Part shown: piece after piece, positions 10,237 through 19,296 of the stretch
How positions within the stretch are numbered: the stretch's first letter is position 1
How the letters are laid out: each line of letters begins with the position of its first letter
NCBI GenBank assembly: GCA_000025185.1
Contig: CP001848.1
Coordinates: 4,860,001 to 4,892,000 of the forward strand
Direction: 5' to 3'
DNA: 32,000 nt
Source: Pirellula staleyi DSM 6068
Lineage (GTDB): Bacteria; Planctomycetota; Planctomycetia; Pirellulales; Pirellulaceae
Made by a program: the position numbers and the translations under genes
Notes under the pieces: model-generated
Databases searched by the model: none
Told to the model about the DNA's origin: nothing
The model's input: only the letters and a program-made list of their open reading frames with translations

Positions 10237-10829
10237 TGTGGGCCGCGCGACTTCGCCACAATCTGCTGCTCGAGTGCGAGCAAGCGGCGTTTCATATCGA
10301 GGCCATCGGGAGCGGAGTAGCCACCAATTTTCCCACCACTAGCGACTACCCGATGGCAGGGAACAACCACGGGAAAACGATTGGTGCGCATGACGCTTCC
10401 CACGGCTCGCGAGGCGCGTGGCGAGCCAGCCATCGCCGCCAGATCGGCGTAGGAGCGTGTCTCCCCCAGTGGAATTGCGCGGCAAGCATCGATCACCGTG
10501 CGCGTGAAGGGGGCCAAGTGATCGAGTGCCAGTGGAAGATCGGCAAAATCATCTCGCTTACCAGCGGTGAAAGCAGCGAGGCGTTTAGCAATTTTGGCAA
10601 TCCACTTCGGCGGATTAGTGACGGCAACGGCGGCACTATCTTGTAGCGCAATGGCTGCGGAGCGCCGGCCAAACACCAGCGACGTGAGCTTCGATTCACT
10701 CCAAACGATTGCTGTGTAGCCGAGTTCCGTCTCCAGCACGTACGACCACTGCGGCAATTCACCAGGAAGAGATTCGCGCGACGTTTGCTGCGCCGAAGTT
10801 AACCGGCGACGTTTCGTGATCGTGGACAT
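10233..10829 (-). CDS. ogt: methylated-DNA--protein-cysteine methyltransferase (Ogt/MGMT family)
   Basis: The active-site PCHRVV motif sits in ...RAVGSVMRTNRFPVVVPCHRVVASGGKIGGYS..., preceded by a GETRSYADLA helix-turn-helix region. I chose the ATG at 10829 (MSTITKRRR...). The stop codon overlaps the convergent dehydrogenase stop (10233-10236). Confidence 0.88.
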   Translation of the reverse strand: MSTITKRRRLTSAQQTSRESLPGELPQWSYVLETELGYTAIVWSESKLTSLVFGRRSAAIALQDSAAVAVTNPPKWIAKIAKRLAAFTAGKRDDFADLPLALDHLAPFTRTVIDACRAIPLGETRSYADLAAMAGSPRASRAVGSVMRTNRFPVVVPCHRVVASGGKIGGYSAPDGLDMKRRLLALEQQIVAKSRGPH

Positions 10830-11079
10830 CGAATGCACGCCTGCTCTAGCGGAGAAGGAACGAACCGAAGCGACGTTTCGTGCGTCTTGAAGGGGAGTGA
10901 GAATATTTATTCTATCGCTAGCAGCGCACGCGGAAATGAGGGCCAGCAAGTTTCGCAGCAACTGCCATACTTAACGCTGGCTGATGGTCACTTTGACAGT
11001 AATTGTGGCGTGGTCCTATACTACCTGATTGGTCCTGAGCAAGCAGTCGGACCTAAGCAACTTACCCACGGAGGCAATC

Positions 11080-11820
11080 ATGAACTACCAGTCGTTTTGC
11101 GACGACTACTACATCAACGTGAGTTTGAGCACGGAGATGGACCTGCCTCAATCGCGTGAGACAGTGCTGCATCACTTCGAGCAGATGAAAAAGCACTATC
11201 CGCGCATGCGAAATTTCTTCAGCCGCGAACGAGGTGAACTCGTTCTCGAGGAAGACAAAGACCGTGGCGACTATCGCTGGACCAGCTGCGAGGTCCGTCG
11301 CATTTCGAGTGGCTACGTGAACCCAGTTTCGGTCGAAGAGGCGTTTAAGCAGCATGCTCTGCTGCTCGATATCGCCCCTTACACGCTGTCGGTAAGTCCC
11401 CTCGACTGCGAAACGCTGAGCGTGACTTATGGCTTCGACTTCACCTATCGCGGCAATCATAATCAGCTGCTGCTCAGCGCTCTGGGAATCGCTCCTGCGT
11501 TTGAACGCTTGACCAACATTCCAGGCGCTGGGGTACTCGCTTTCGACCCGTCGATTCAGTTTGCTGTCGACGACGATTGCCGAACGCAGTGTCGATTGAG
11601 TGTCGAATCGCGCACTACCGCCTATCACGTCCGCACGCGCGAGTTTCCCGAGGAACAAGTGAGTGTCTACTTCACCACTCGACGCTATGGGAGCCTCGAA
11701 TCGGGGGAAACCTTTGTGACCACGATGCAGCGACTTTCAGAAATCGCTAGCGAAATCGTCGACAACCACATTCTCGAGCACGTACTTCGGCCCCTGAAGT
11801 CGACCATCGCCATCAGCTAG
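11080..11820 (+). CDS. hypothetical protein (no family recognised)
   Basis: ATG at 11080 is preceded by ggagg (11069-11073). The 246-aa ORF has globular-looking composition and is followed by a strong terminator. The antisense ORF 11062-11658 looks like a shadow ORF. Confidence 0.7.
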   Translation: MNYQSFCDDYYINVSLSTEMDLPQSRETVLHHFEQMKKHYPRMRNFFSRERGELVLEEDKDRGDYRWTSCEVRRISSGYVNPVSVEEAFKQHALLLDIAPYTLSVSPLDCETLSVTYGFDFTYRGNHNQLLLSALGIAPAFERLTNIPGAGVLAFDPSIQFAVDDDCRTQCRLSVESRTTAYHVRTREFPEEQVSVYFTTRRYGSLESGETFVTTMQRLSEIASEIVDNHILEHVLRPLKSTIAIS

Positions 11821-11874
11821 CGCATGTCGCACGGACGAGTAGCGCGGCTCGCAGCAAGAGATGCAAGAAACGAC

Positions 11875-11925
11875 AAACGAGTGGTTGCCAAGCTCGAAGA
11901 AGCAGGCAACCACTCGTTTTGTTTT
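11875..11925. terminator. bidirectional intrinsic terminator between convergent genes
   Basis: A perfect 15-bp stem, aaacgagtggttgcc (11875-11889) and ggcaaccactcgttt (11905-11919), flanks a 15-nt loop. On the + strand it is followed by ttttgtttt. On the - strand it is followed by a moderately T-rich gtcgtttcttgc. Confidence 0.8.
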
Positions 11926-12004
11926 CAGGAAGCTACGAGAGCTTGTGGCTCGTGATCTTGGTGATCGACGAAGCCACAACTGCTATCTCTTAGCGCGACG
12001 CGCT

Positions 12005-13681
12005 CTAACGTCCCCCTCGACCGCCACCACGGCGGCCGCGGCCACCATGCTCGGGTCGGCTGCTGCGGGCTGCGATGTTCCCATCGACGATCGACCCCAC
12101 GGCATCTTCCCAGGTCGGGATTTTCTTATGCAGCGAAAGCTCTTCGCCATGTTCATCGCCGTCGTCATGGTCATCATGATCGAGATCATCACGATCGCGT
12201 GAAACTTCACTACGGCCTGCTTCACTCCGAACAGGCTCACCTCGGCCAGATTCACCTCGACCGCTCGGAGCGCGACGTGGTTCGGGCGATTCGCTACGTC
12301 CCCGGCGCGGCGAGCGACCGGCGTACGAAACGTCGTCCAAATCATCGTCGTCGTCTTCATCGTCGATGCTGCGGCTGGTGGCTGGACGAACTTCACGCGG
12401 TGGTGCGGCACCGGTGGTTTCGCGGTCGCGTCCCCCTCGTCGACGACGACGGCGGCGGCGGCGAACACCTTCGCGAGCTGGTTCTTCATCACGTGCACGA
12501 GCTTCACCAGCGATGGGCAATTCCGTGTCACTTCCATCGTCGACCGGTTCGGCATCTTCATCGATGAAATCGCGGCGAGCAAAGTCGCCCCGCGATTCAC
12601 CACGAACAGGCGCTGGTTCATCGCGGTCGCTAAATCCCCGTTGAGGAAGCACTTCGTCGAGTTCTTCATCCTCAAGCGGTGCGCGGCCTGGTGATGGAAT
12701 TGCATCGCTGACCGGGGCTTCGGCCCCTCCACGTCCACGGCGACCACGCCCACGGCGGCGGCGACGGCGTTTGCGACCCTCGCTCGAATCGTCGCTCGGT
12801 GTGGGAGCATCAGATCCAGCGAGAGGAGCATCGTCGATGCCGTACTCAATCACAGCGCCGGTGGCCACTTCCTCATCGTCATCGACGTAATCGAAGTCAC
12901 GCTTGTCGATATCGCGTTTATCAAGATCACGCTTCTCAAGATCACGGCGCTCGACGTCGCGGCGTTCCAGGTCTCGCTTCTCGAAATCTCGACGCTCGAC
13001 ATCACGTGGTGGACGTGGAGCGCGAGGGGCTTCGCTCGAAACGCGAGGAGCACTTTCAGCAGCAGGAGCTTCATCGCGCCGCACTCGGTCGCGTCCGCGA
13101 CCACGGCCCCGACGGCGTCCTCGAAAATCCTCTTGAAGGTTGGCAGGACCCGGAGCAGGGAACTCGCTGGTGTCCTCATCCCAAACCGACTTCGCAGACG
13201 CTGCTGCGGGCGCTGGCTGAACTGGGGCTGGTGGAGGTGGTGCAACGGGGTGGGATGGAGCCGGGCTAAACCCCGTCAGAGCTGGTGGTGCCTGCGGCGT
13301 CACTGGTGCCTGCTGCAGAGGCTGAGCAGCCAGCATGGCGGCCAAGGGCTCGGGGAGCGGAACAGGTTCCGGCGGAACTTCCAGCCCCAGCTGACCTGCT
13401 AATTGCGACCAGCTGCTGCGTTTGCCAGGAGGTGCGGTCGTGGTTGGCTTGGGCTTTGGTTTGGCGGGAGGAGGTGGAAGTGTCGACGCAATTCGCTGCT
13501 GCGAAACCACTTCGGGCACGTCAGCAACATTTTCAACAGGCACGCTGGCAGAGGGTTCAGCGGCAACAGGTTCGGCAGAAGGGGCCGAGGAAAGTTCGGG
13601 CTGGGTCTGCGAAGCAGGGGCAGCGAGGCCAAAGCTCTCTAGCAAAGAACGCCAGCGGTCAGGTTTTGACGGATCGGGCAT
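12005..13681 (-). CDS. hyper-charged, low-complexity (intrinsically disordered) protein with RD-pentapeptide repeats and an RGG-type tail
   Basis: This 558-aa ORF has a P/A-rich N-terminal half and eight RDxE[KR]-type pentapeptides. It contains poly-R/RG runs (RKRRRRRRGRGRRGRGG, RRRRRRRRGGRDRE) and acidic runs (DDEDDDDDLDD, DDLDHDDHDDGDEHGEE). It ends in GGRGRRGGGRGGR. The long open frame, maintained through repeats, supports coding. Confidence 0.7.
   Translation of the reverse strand: MPDPSKPDRWRSLLESFGLAAPASQTQPELSSAPSAEPVAAEPSASVPVENVADVPEVVSQQRIASTLPPPPAKPKPKPTTTAPPGKRSSWSQLAGQLGLEVPPEPVPLPEPLAAMLAAQPLQQAPVTPQAPPALTGFSPAPSHPVAPPPPAPVQPAPAAASAKSVWDEDTSEFPAPGPANLQEDFRGRRRGRGRGRDRVRRDEAPAAESAPRVSSEAPRAPRPPRDVERRDFEKRDLERRDVERRDLEKRDLDKRDIDKRDFDYVDDDEEVATGAVIEYGIDDAPLAGSDAPTPSDDSSEGRKRRRRRRGRGRRGRGGAEAPVSDAIPSPGRAPLEDEELDEVLPQRGFSDRDEPAPVRGESRGDFARRDFIDEDAEPVDDGSDTELPIAGEARARDEEPAREGVRRRRRRRRRGGRDRETTGAAPPREVRPATSRSIDDEDDDDDLDDVSYAGRSPRRGRSESPEPRRAPSGRGESGRGEPVRSEAGRSEVSRDRDDLDHDDHDDGDEHGEELSLHKKIPTWEDAVGSIVDGNIAARSSRPEHGGRGRRGGGRGGR
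12887..13006 (-). repeat. 15-nt periodic tandem repeat encoding 8 RDxxK/R pentapeptides
   Basis: The translation reads RDVER RDFEK RDLER RDVER RDLEK RDLDK RDIDK RDFDY. I checked the codon phase against the CDS frame. Confidence 0.85.
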
Positions 13682-13930
13682 GAGTTTCCAATGTGAACTA
13701 AAGCTCCGCAGAATTAGCGCGAAGCAGGATGGAAGGCAGAAACGCTTCCGCTAGAGGGCCGCAAGCAAGTGGCCGGGCCAACATCTGTAGCGGGGTCTGC
13801 CGGGTTGACATCGCGGATTATAGCGGTCGCCACGATGGGTGGGAAGTCATTCTGCCAGCAGAGTTTGCAACTAATTTCCACCATCTTTCTCTGACCCCAA
13901 TACCACCCAGATGCGTAGAATCTCAAGACA

Positions 13931-13963
13931 ACCGCTAGCGACCCGCATTTCCCGACCGCTAGC
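13931..13963 (+). promoter_or_regulatory. two copies of accgctagc (each containing the GCTAGC palindrome), 24 nt apart, upstream of the arginine-catabolism pair
   Basis: Identical 9-mers occur at 13931-13939 and 13955-13963, 42-74 nt upstream of ATG 14005. A few such 9-mer pairs are expected by chance in 32 kb, so this is weak. Confidence 0.2.
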
Positions 13964-14004
13964 AGCGCTAAAGCTCCCAGGACTCTCTCCCGAAGGAGTA
14001 TGCG

Positions 14005-15270
14005 ATGAATCGCTCGTCTGGCACCTCAGAAATCCTCCCTTTTTGCGAAACGGTGGAGATTTCGGGGCACATCATCGACAGTTTGCTCCTCCCCAAAGTG
14101 CTCGATCTGATCACTGCCGCCGGGGGTGCATTTCAGATCCGCGACATCACCGTGGGACAGGCTCGCTCCGACGCAAGTTTCGCAAGGATCGAGGTTTCAG
14201 CAGCCTCGAAAGAGCGTCTCGAGCAGATTCTGGCTGCCATCGCCGACCATGGCGCAACAGCCATCCATCAGCACGACGCACGCCTCGTTCCGGCTGATAT
14301 TGCAGCCGCATTTCCCGAGGGATTCTATGCCACCACGAATCAGCAAACGGAAATCCGTATCGCTGGAAAGTGGCTGAACGTCGACAAGCAGGAAATGGAC
14401 TGCGGAATCGTCGTCGCCCCCGACCTGCAATCCGCCGCATGCCGTGCCATGACAGAAATCAACATCGGTGACCTCGTGGTGGTTGGCCATGTGGGGGTGC
14501 GTGTCCATCCGGTTGAACGGAACGCTCGCAAGCATGGCTTTGAGTTCATGAACAGCCCCGTTTCGACAGAAAAACCCAAAGGGGTTGCGATCCGTCAGAT
14601 TGCCGAGGAACTCGTACGTGCCCGGCGCGAGCATGGCCAAACGCTTGTCGTCGGTGGGCCTGCCATCGTCCACACCGGAAGTGCCGAGCACCTCTCCAGC
14701 CTGATAAGACGAGGCTATGTCAACAAACTCTTTGCAGGCAATGCACTGGCAACTCATGATATCGAGCAAGCTTTGTTTGGCACGAGCCTGGGCGTAAGAC
14801 TCGACTGCGGCGATATTGTTGAAGCTGGCCACGAGCATCATTTAAGGTCCATCAACCGCATACGCCGCTGGGGAGGAATTAAGGCTGCTGTCGATGGCGG
14901 ATATCTTAAAAGCGGCATCATGTATGAATGTATTAAGAACAAAATTGAATACATTCTCGCGGGCAGCATTCGCGATGATGGGCCACTCCCTGAAGTGATC
15001 ACCGATACGCTGGAAGCACAGCAGGCCATGCGGCGTGGGATCGCTGGCGTTTCTTTTTGCTTAATGGTCGCCACTACACTCCACTCCATCGCCGTTGGCA
15101 ATCTACTACCGGCCTGGGTCAAAGTAGTTTGCGTCGACATCAATCCTTCGACAGTGATTAAGCTTGCCGATCGTGGATCGTTCCAAACCGTGGGACTCGT
15201 CACCGATGTGGAACCATTTTTCCGGGCATTAGTCGGTGAAATTGACCGAATCGAGAGGGAGACACCATGA
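14005..15270 (+). CDS. TIGR00300 / LOR-SDH-domain protein, putative archaeal-type ornithine cyclodeaminase (AgrE/ArgZ C-terminal-half-like)
   Basis: ATG 14005 is preceded by aaggag (13993-13998). The 421-aa ORF starts ...VEISGHIIDSLLLPKVLDLITAAGGAFQI, and its C-terminal half is Rossmann-like (LVVGGPAIVHTG...ILAGSIRDDGPLPEV). This matches my recollection of the TIGR00300 family. Confidence 0.72.
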   Translation: MNRSSGTSEILPFCETVEISGHIIDSLLLPKVLDLITAAGGAFQIRDITVGQARSDASFARIEVSAASKERLEQILAAIADHGATAIHQHDARLVPADIAAAFPEGFYATTNQQTEIRIAGKWLNVDKQEMDCGIVVAPDLQSAACRAMTEINIGDLVVVGHVGVRVHPVERNARKHGFEFMNSPVSTEKPKGVAIRQIAEELVRARREHGQTLVVGGPAIVHTGSAEHLSSLIRRGYVNKLFAGNALATHDIEQALFGTSLGVRLDCGDIVEAGHEHHLRSINRIRRWGGIKAAVDGGYLKSGIMYECIKNKIEYILAGSIRDDGPLPEVITDTLEAQQAMRRGIAGVSFCLMVATTLHSIAVGNLLPAWVKVVCVDINPSTVIKLADRGSFQTVGLVTDVEPFFRALVGEIDRIERETP

Positions 15271-16142
15271 ACGAATCTCGCCCCCTCTTCGCCCCGCCTC
15301 GCATCCTTATGTGCTCTCCCGAATACTTTGGTATTGAATATGAAATCAATCCCTGGATGAGCCGCTCGCGTCAAGCAGATCGTCAACTCGCACTTCTGCA
15401 ATGGCATGGCTTGGCCGACATGCTGGAGTCGCTGGGAGTTATGATTGAACGCCTTCATCCTGTTGCGAAATTACCTGATTTAGTTTTCACTGCGAATGCT
15501 GCTTTAATCTTTAAGAAGAAAGCGGTTCTTTCACACTTTAAGCATACTGAACGACAGCGTGAAGAGCCACTTTTTCACGACTGGCTTACACAACATGGTT
15601 TTGAGGTCTTATGTCTTCCGGAAGATCATTTTTTTGAAGGGGCAGGTGATGCCCTTTTTGTAGGCGATACCCTTTATGCCGGGTATCGCATCCGAAGTGA
15701 TGTTCGAAGTGAACAGTTGATCGCCGCCTGGCTTGGTTGCCGAGTCCTTGCCGTCGAACTCGTCGACCCTTATTTTTATCATTTAGATACCTGCTTCTGT
15801 CCGCTCTCGACCGATTCGGCGATCTTCTATCCGGGCGCTTTTGATACCTACGGTATCGAAGTGCTGCAAAGCTCCATTCCCCTCTTAATTCCTGTTCGCG
15901 AGGAGGAGGCAAGAGCATTTGCCTGCAATGCAGTGGTGGTCGGAAAGCATGTCATCACCAATACGGGAGCACCTCAACTGCAACGCGACTTGCGAAACGC
16001 AGGCTTCACGCCTCACGAAACTCCGCTGTCGGAGTTTGTTAAAGCAGGGGGGAGTGCCAAGTGTCTCACGCTGAGGCTCGACGGCGAAAATGCGGCGGCT
16101 TGGCGGGAATCGCCAGCGATCTCGCAGCCTGTTTCCCCGTAA
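15267..16142 (+). CDS. guanidino-group-modifying enzyme fold protein (amidinotransferase/DDAH superfamily), putative arginine dihydrolase
   Basis: ATGA overlaps the upstream stop (15267-15270). Motifs: ILMCSPEYFGIEYEINPWM, FEGAGDAL, and YHLDTCFCPL. The C-terminal GGSAKCLTLRL carries the catalytic-type Cys. Confidence 0.8.
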   Translation: MNESRPLFAPPRILMCSPEYFGIEYEINPWMSRSRQADRQLALLQWHGLADMLESLGVMIERLHPVAKLPDLVFTANAALIFKKKAVLSHFKHTERQREEPLFHDWLTQHGFEVLCLPEDHFFEGAGDALFVGDTLYAGYRIRSDVRSEQLIAAWLGCRVLAVELVDPYFYHLDTCFCPLSTDSAIFYPGAFDTYGIEVLQSSIPLLIPVREEEARAFACNAVVVGKHVITNTGAPQLQRDLRNAGFTPHETPLSEFVKAGGSAKCLTLRLDGENAAAWRESPAISQPVSP

Positions 16143-16322
16143 TTCCCTGGACTAACTTCGTCCGGGAGGTCCCCCGCAGAGTGCCTAACGCGTACAATTC
16201 GGCCAGTTTCGTTTTCTGCCGAGACCGAAGGATCGGCTCGTTTGTTTTGCATGTCACTTGATTGTTCTGGCACGTCCAGCGCGACAAGTGGCATTGGCTT
16301 GTGCTCCTAGGAGGTGGTTCCG

Positions 16323-19157
16323 ATGCTCGGTCGCTCATTGTTTTGTTCAGTCACTGCGGCGATTCTGACTTTCTCGCTTGCAAGCAGTGCTCATGCTCGT
16401 GTGGAATCCGAGGCGATGAGTGGAGGCCGCATCAGCGTGGCCCGCATCTCGCTGGCGGCGGCTGACGTCGCTGGCCCTATCGACCCCATGCAAGTTCGTG
16501 TGGTCGACAACGACGGCCGAACCAGCTACCCGGCTGTGGCCGCTGGAACGCTCGGGAAATTTATCGGTCAGCTGCTGGGCGCCACCGAGGACCTTCCCCC
16601 CGGAACGCTCACCGTGACGTTTCTGTTTACGGGCGATCGACCTCTAGAAGTCACTCTTTACACCCCCTCGCCAATTCAGGTAACGATTGTTCCTCGACCG
16701 CCTCGCAACCCTCGCGAGTTTGATCGGCTTGTTGATCGCTGGTGGAAGGACTACCAAGCTCAAGCCAGGGCATCGGGTGAGCGTTCCGATCATCCACCCG
16801 TGGTGTATGACTACTTAGTCGCAATGCTCGCCCAGCGCTACGGTTTGCCGCTCCCCGATAAACAGCCACAAGCTGCCAGTGTGAGCCCGGGACAGCAATC
16901 GCTCGAGCTTTTGCTTGGCATGGAGCGTCTGAAGAGCGAAACCCTGAAGAACACGATGCTGGGGCGGGGCGATTTCACCGAACCAGCCGACATTCTTTTA
17001 CCGGAAGCTTTGCCGAGCGTGGCGCCACCCGTCCCTCCGGTTCCAGCCGATTTGAAGCTCGAAAAAATTGCATCGCACGTTCCCGAAGAGTGTTTTTATG
17101 TTCGCTTCGGCAAGTTCTCGAACTATCTGTGGCTCAACAAATTGCTGGCCGAATATGGGGGCGATATCAGCAGCATGGCGACGCTGCGAAGCTACACCCA
17201 GCCTTTGGGCGATCGCCTGCAAAAGCAACTTTCACTCGAGCAAAATCAACTTGCAGACTTGTTCGGCGACACGGTGATTTCGGATATCGCCATCATCGGC
17301 CGCGATACGTACATGAATGAAGGTGCCGCGATCGGCATCATGTTCGAAGCACGCGATAACGATGTCTTGAGCAACGATTTCTCGACCCAGCGCAAACGGA
17401 CACTTCAGAGAGAAAAAGCGGCCGGTTGTACTCTCGAAAAAGTCACCATCGCTGGTCGAGAGGTTTCTTTCCTTTCGACTCCTGATAACCGCATTCGATC
17501 CTTCTATGCGGTCGACGACAACTATCACCTCGTCACCACCTCGCGGGCCATCGTCGAGCGCTTCTTTGCAGCAGGCAAAGGGGACCGACCACTGGCCGCG
17601 ACCGAGGAATTTCGCTACGCCCGGACTCAAATGCCGCTATCGCGCGGCGACACCATCTTTGTCTACTTCAGTTCGCGATTCTTCGAAGAACTGCTCGGCC
17701 CCCAGTACCAAGTCGAACTCTACAGGCGTTTGCAGTCGGTCACCGACATGGAACTACTGCAACTGGCTCGCCTCGCGGCCGTGGGCGAAGGACTTCCTAC
17801 GGACGAAATGGAAGAACTGGTAGCTGCTGGTCTCTTGCCGCGTGGTTTTGGCCGCCGTCCCGATGGAAGCGGCCCCATCGTCACACCATCAGGAAGCATC
17901 GACTCGCGTCGTGGCGCACGTGGCTTTTTCCTGCCGATTCCAGACGTCGAAATCCGGTCGATCACCGCCTTGGAAGCCTCACGCATCGACGCCTTCTCGC
18001 GTGCCTACACTGCCCAGTGGAAACGGATGGACCCACTCATTGTGGCCATCAATCGCACCGCTCTCGACACGCCCGAAGAAGGGGGCCGAACGCGCGAACG
18101 CATCGTGATCGATGCCAATGTCACACCCCTCGATGAAACCAAATATGGCTCGCTGCTCTCGGTGCTTGGTCCAGCCACCAACGAAATGGTCACTCCGGCC
18201 GCTGGCGACGTAATCACGGCACAAGCATCGGTTCGCGGCGGACTTCTTTTGCCCAGCGTACCGCCTCACTACTTGTTCCTTGGCGTGCAAGATATGGTGC
18301 CGCTGTCCGACATTCGGCCGCAGGGGCTACTTCAAACGCTGCAGTTTTTGAAGACCGTGCCAGGCTACATCGGTGGCTGGCCCAAGCCAGGATTCCTCGA
18401 TGCTTTGCCGTTTAATCTCGGCGGCAGTCGACCCGATGCGTATGGTTTTTCGAAGTTGCCGTTTGGTCTCTGGCGTCGACAAGGGGCTGGATTCTCCGTG
18501 CTCTCCTTCGATCCACAATTGCTGGCCGATGTTACGCCACAGCTGCGCGTGGTCGAGTCCGAGACACCGGCACAAATTCGCTTGCACGTCGGAGACCTCA
18601 GTAGCGCCAAGTTCAGTGCCTGGGTGAGCCGGATGTACGAGCAACGTGCCGCTGAAGCATCGCGAGGCAACGTACACATGCTCCACCTGCTTCATCAGCA
18701 GATGAAGGTGCCGCTGGAAGATTCGCTTGCGGTCACCGAGCAATTGCTCGATGCCACACTAACCTGCCCGCTGGGTGGAAAGTATGAACTTGCGGCTGCT
18801 CCTTCGGGCGAGAAGTACTGGCAAAGTTCAGCCTGGAATCCCGACGTCGAAAAACGCGAGAAACAACCTTATCAAGCGCCGCTCCTCACTTGGTTTCGCG
18901 GTGTCGATGCCCATTTGATTCGTGATGAGTTCGGCATTTCGACGCACCTGGAACTCGACATGGTTCGCCAACCTGTCCCCGAAGATCAAAAGGTGAAAAT
19001 CCCCTCGTTCTTCGACCTGTTTAGTGGTGGTGGCCAGAAAGCAATGAAGCCCAAAAAGAAAGAAAACACCGAAGAACTTCCACCTCCACTTCCCCCCGTT
19101 CCCAAAGCCAGCACGCCGCAGATCGAACCTTCAGCTCCTGGAACGAAGGAATTTTAG
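16323..19157 (+). CDS. large secreted protein of unknown function
   Basis: ATG 16323 lies 8 nt after aggagg (16309-16314). The Sec signal is MLGRSLFCSVTAAILTFSLASSAHA. The 944-aa ORF has a K/P-rich C-terminal tail. No family was recognised. Confidence 0.85.
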   Translation: MLGRSLFCSVTAAILTFSLASSAHARVESEAMSGGRISVARISLAAADVAGPIDPMQVRVVDNDGRTSYPAVAAGTLGKFIGQLLGATEDLPPGTLTVTFLFTGDRPLEVTLYTPSPIQVTIVPRPPRNPREFDRLVDRWWKDYQAQARASGERSDHPPVVYDYLVAMLAQRYGLPLPDKQPQAASVSPGQQSLELLLGMERLKSETLKNTMLGRGDFTEPADILLPEALPSVAPPVPPVPADLKLEKIASHVPEECFYVRFGKFSNYLWLNKLLAEYGGDISSMATLRSYTQPLGDRLQKQLSLEQNQLADLFGDTVISDIAIIGRDTYMNEGAAIGIMFEARDNDVLSNDFSTQRKRTLQREKAAGCTLEKVTIAGREVSFLSTPDNRIRSFYAVDDNYHLVTTSRAIVERFFAAGKGDRPLAATEEFRYARTQMPLSRGDTIFVYFSSRFFEELLGPQYQVELYRRLQSVTDMELLQLARLAAVGEGLPTDEMEELVAAGLLPRGFGRRPDGSGPIVTPSGSIDSRRGARGFFLPIPDVEIRSITALEASRIDAFSRAYTAQWKRMDPLIVAINRTALDTPEEGGRTRERIVIDANVTPLDETKYGSLLSVLGPATNEMVTPAAGDVITAQASVRGGLLLPSVPPHYLFLGVQDMVPLSDIRPQGLLQTLQFLKTVPGYIGGWPKPGFLDALPFNLGGSRPDAYGFSKLPFGLWRRQGAGFSVLSFDPQLLADVTPQLRVVESETPAQIRLHVGDLSSAKFSAWVSRMYEQRAAEASRGNVHMLHLLHQQMKVPLEDSLAVTEQLLDATLTCPLGGKYELAAAPSGEKYWQSSAWNPDVEKREKQPYQAPLLTWFRGVDAHLIRDEFGISTHLELDMVRQPVPEDQKVKIPSFFDLFSGGGQKAMKPKKKENTEELPPPLPPVPKASTPQIEPSAPGTKEF

Positions 19158-19193
19158 TCGCCTCACGAAGATCGGGTGACATCAAGAAACGAA

Positions 19194-19240
19194 AAAGCCG
19201 TCTGAGAGATTCGTGAGAACCTTCAGCCGGCTTTGTTTTG
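19194..19240. terminator. intrinsic terminator between convergent genes (probably bidirectional)
   Basis: The stem pairs aaagccgtctga (19194-19205) with tcagccggcttt (19223-19234) with one mismatch. It is followed by gttttg on the + strand. It is preceded by gaaaaag, which gives a T-run on the - strand. Confidence 0.7.
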
Positions 19241-19296
19241 GCTAGTAGTTAAAACGTGGTGCGATAACGGGTGTCATCGCGTCATGTTTGTTTGCA

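Noticed and set aside
11983-12849. 288-aa minus-strand ORF overlapping the 3' half of the disordered-protein gene
   Set aside because: It is an alternative frame of a GC-rich repetitive region. It is shorter than the 558-aa frame and entirely nested in it, and it is Ala/Val-rich with no start context.
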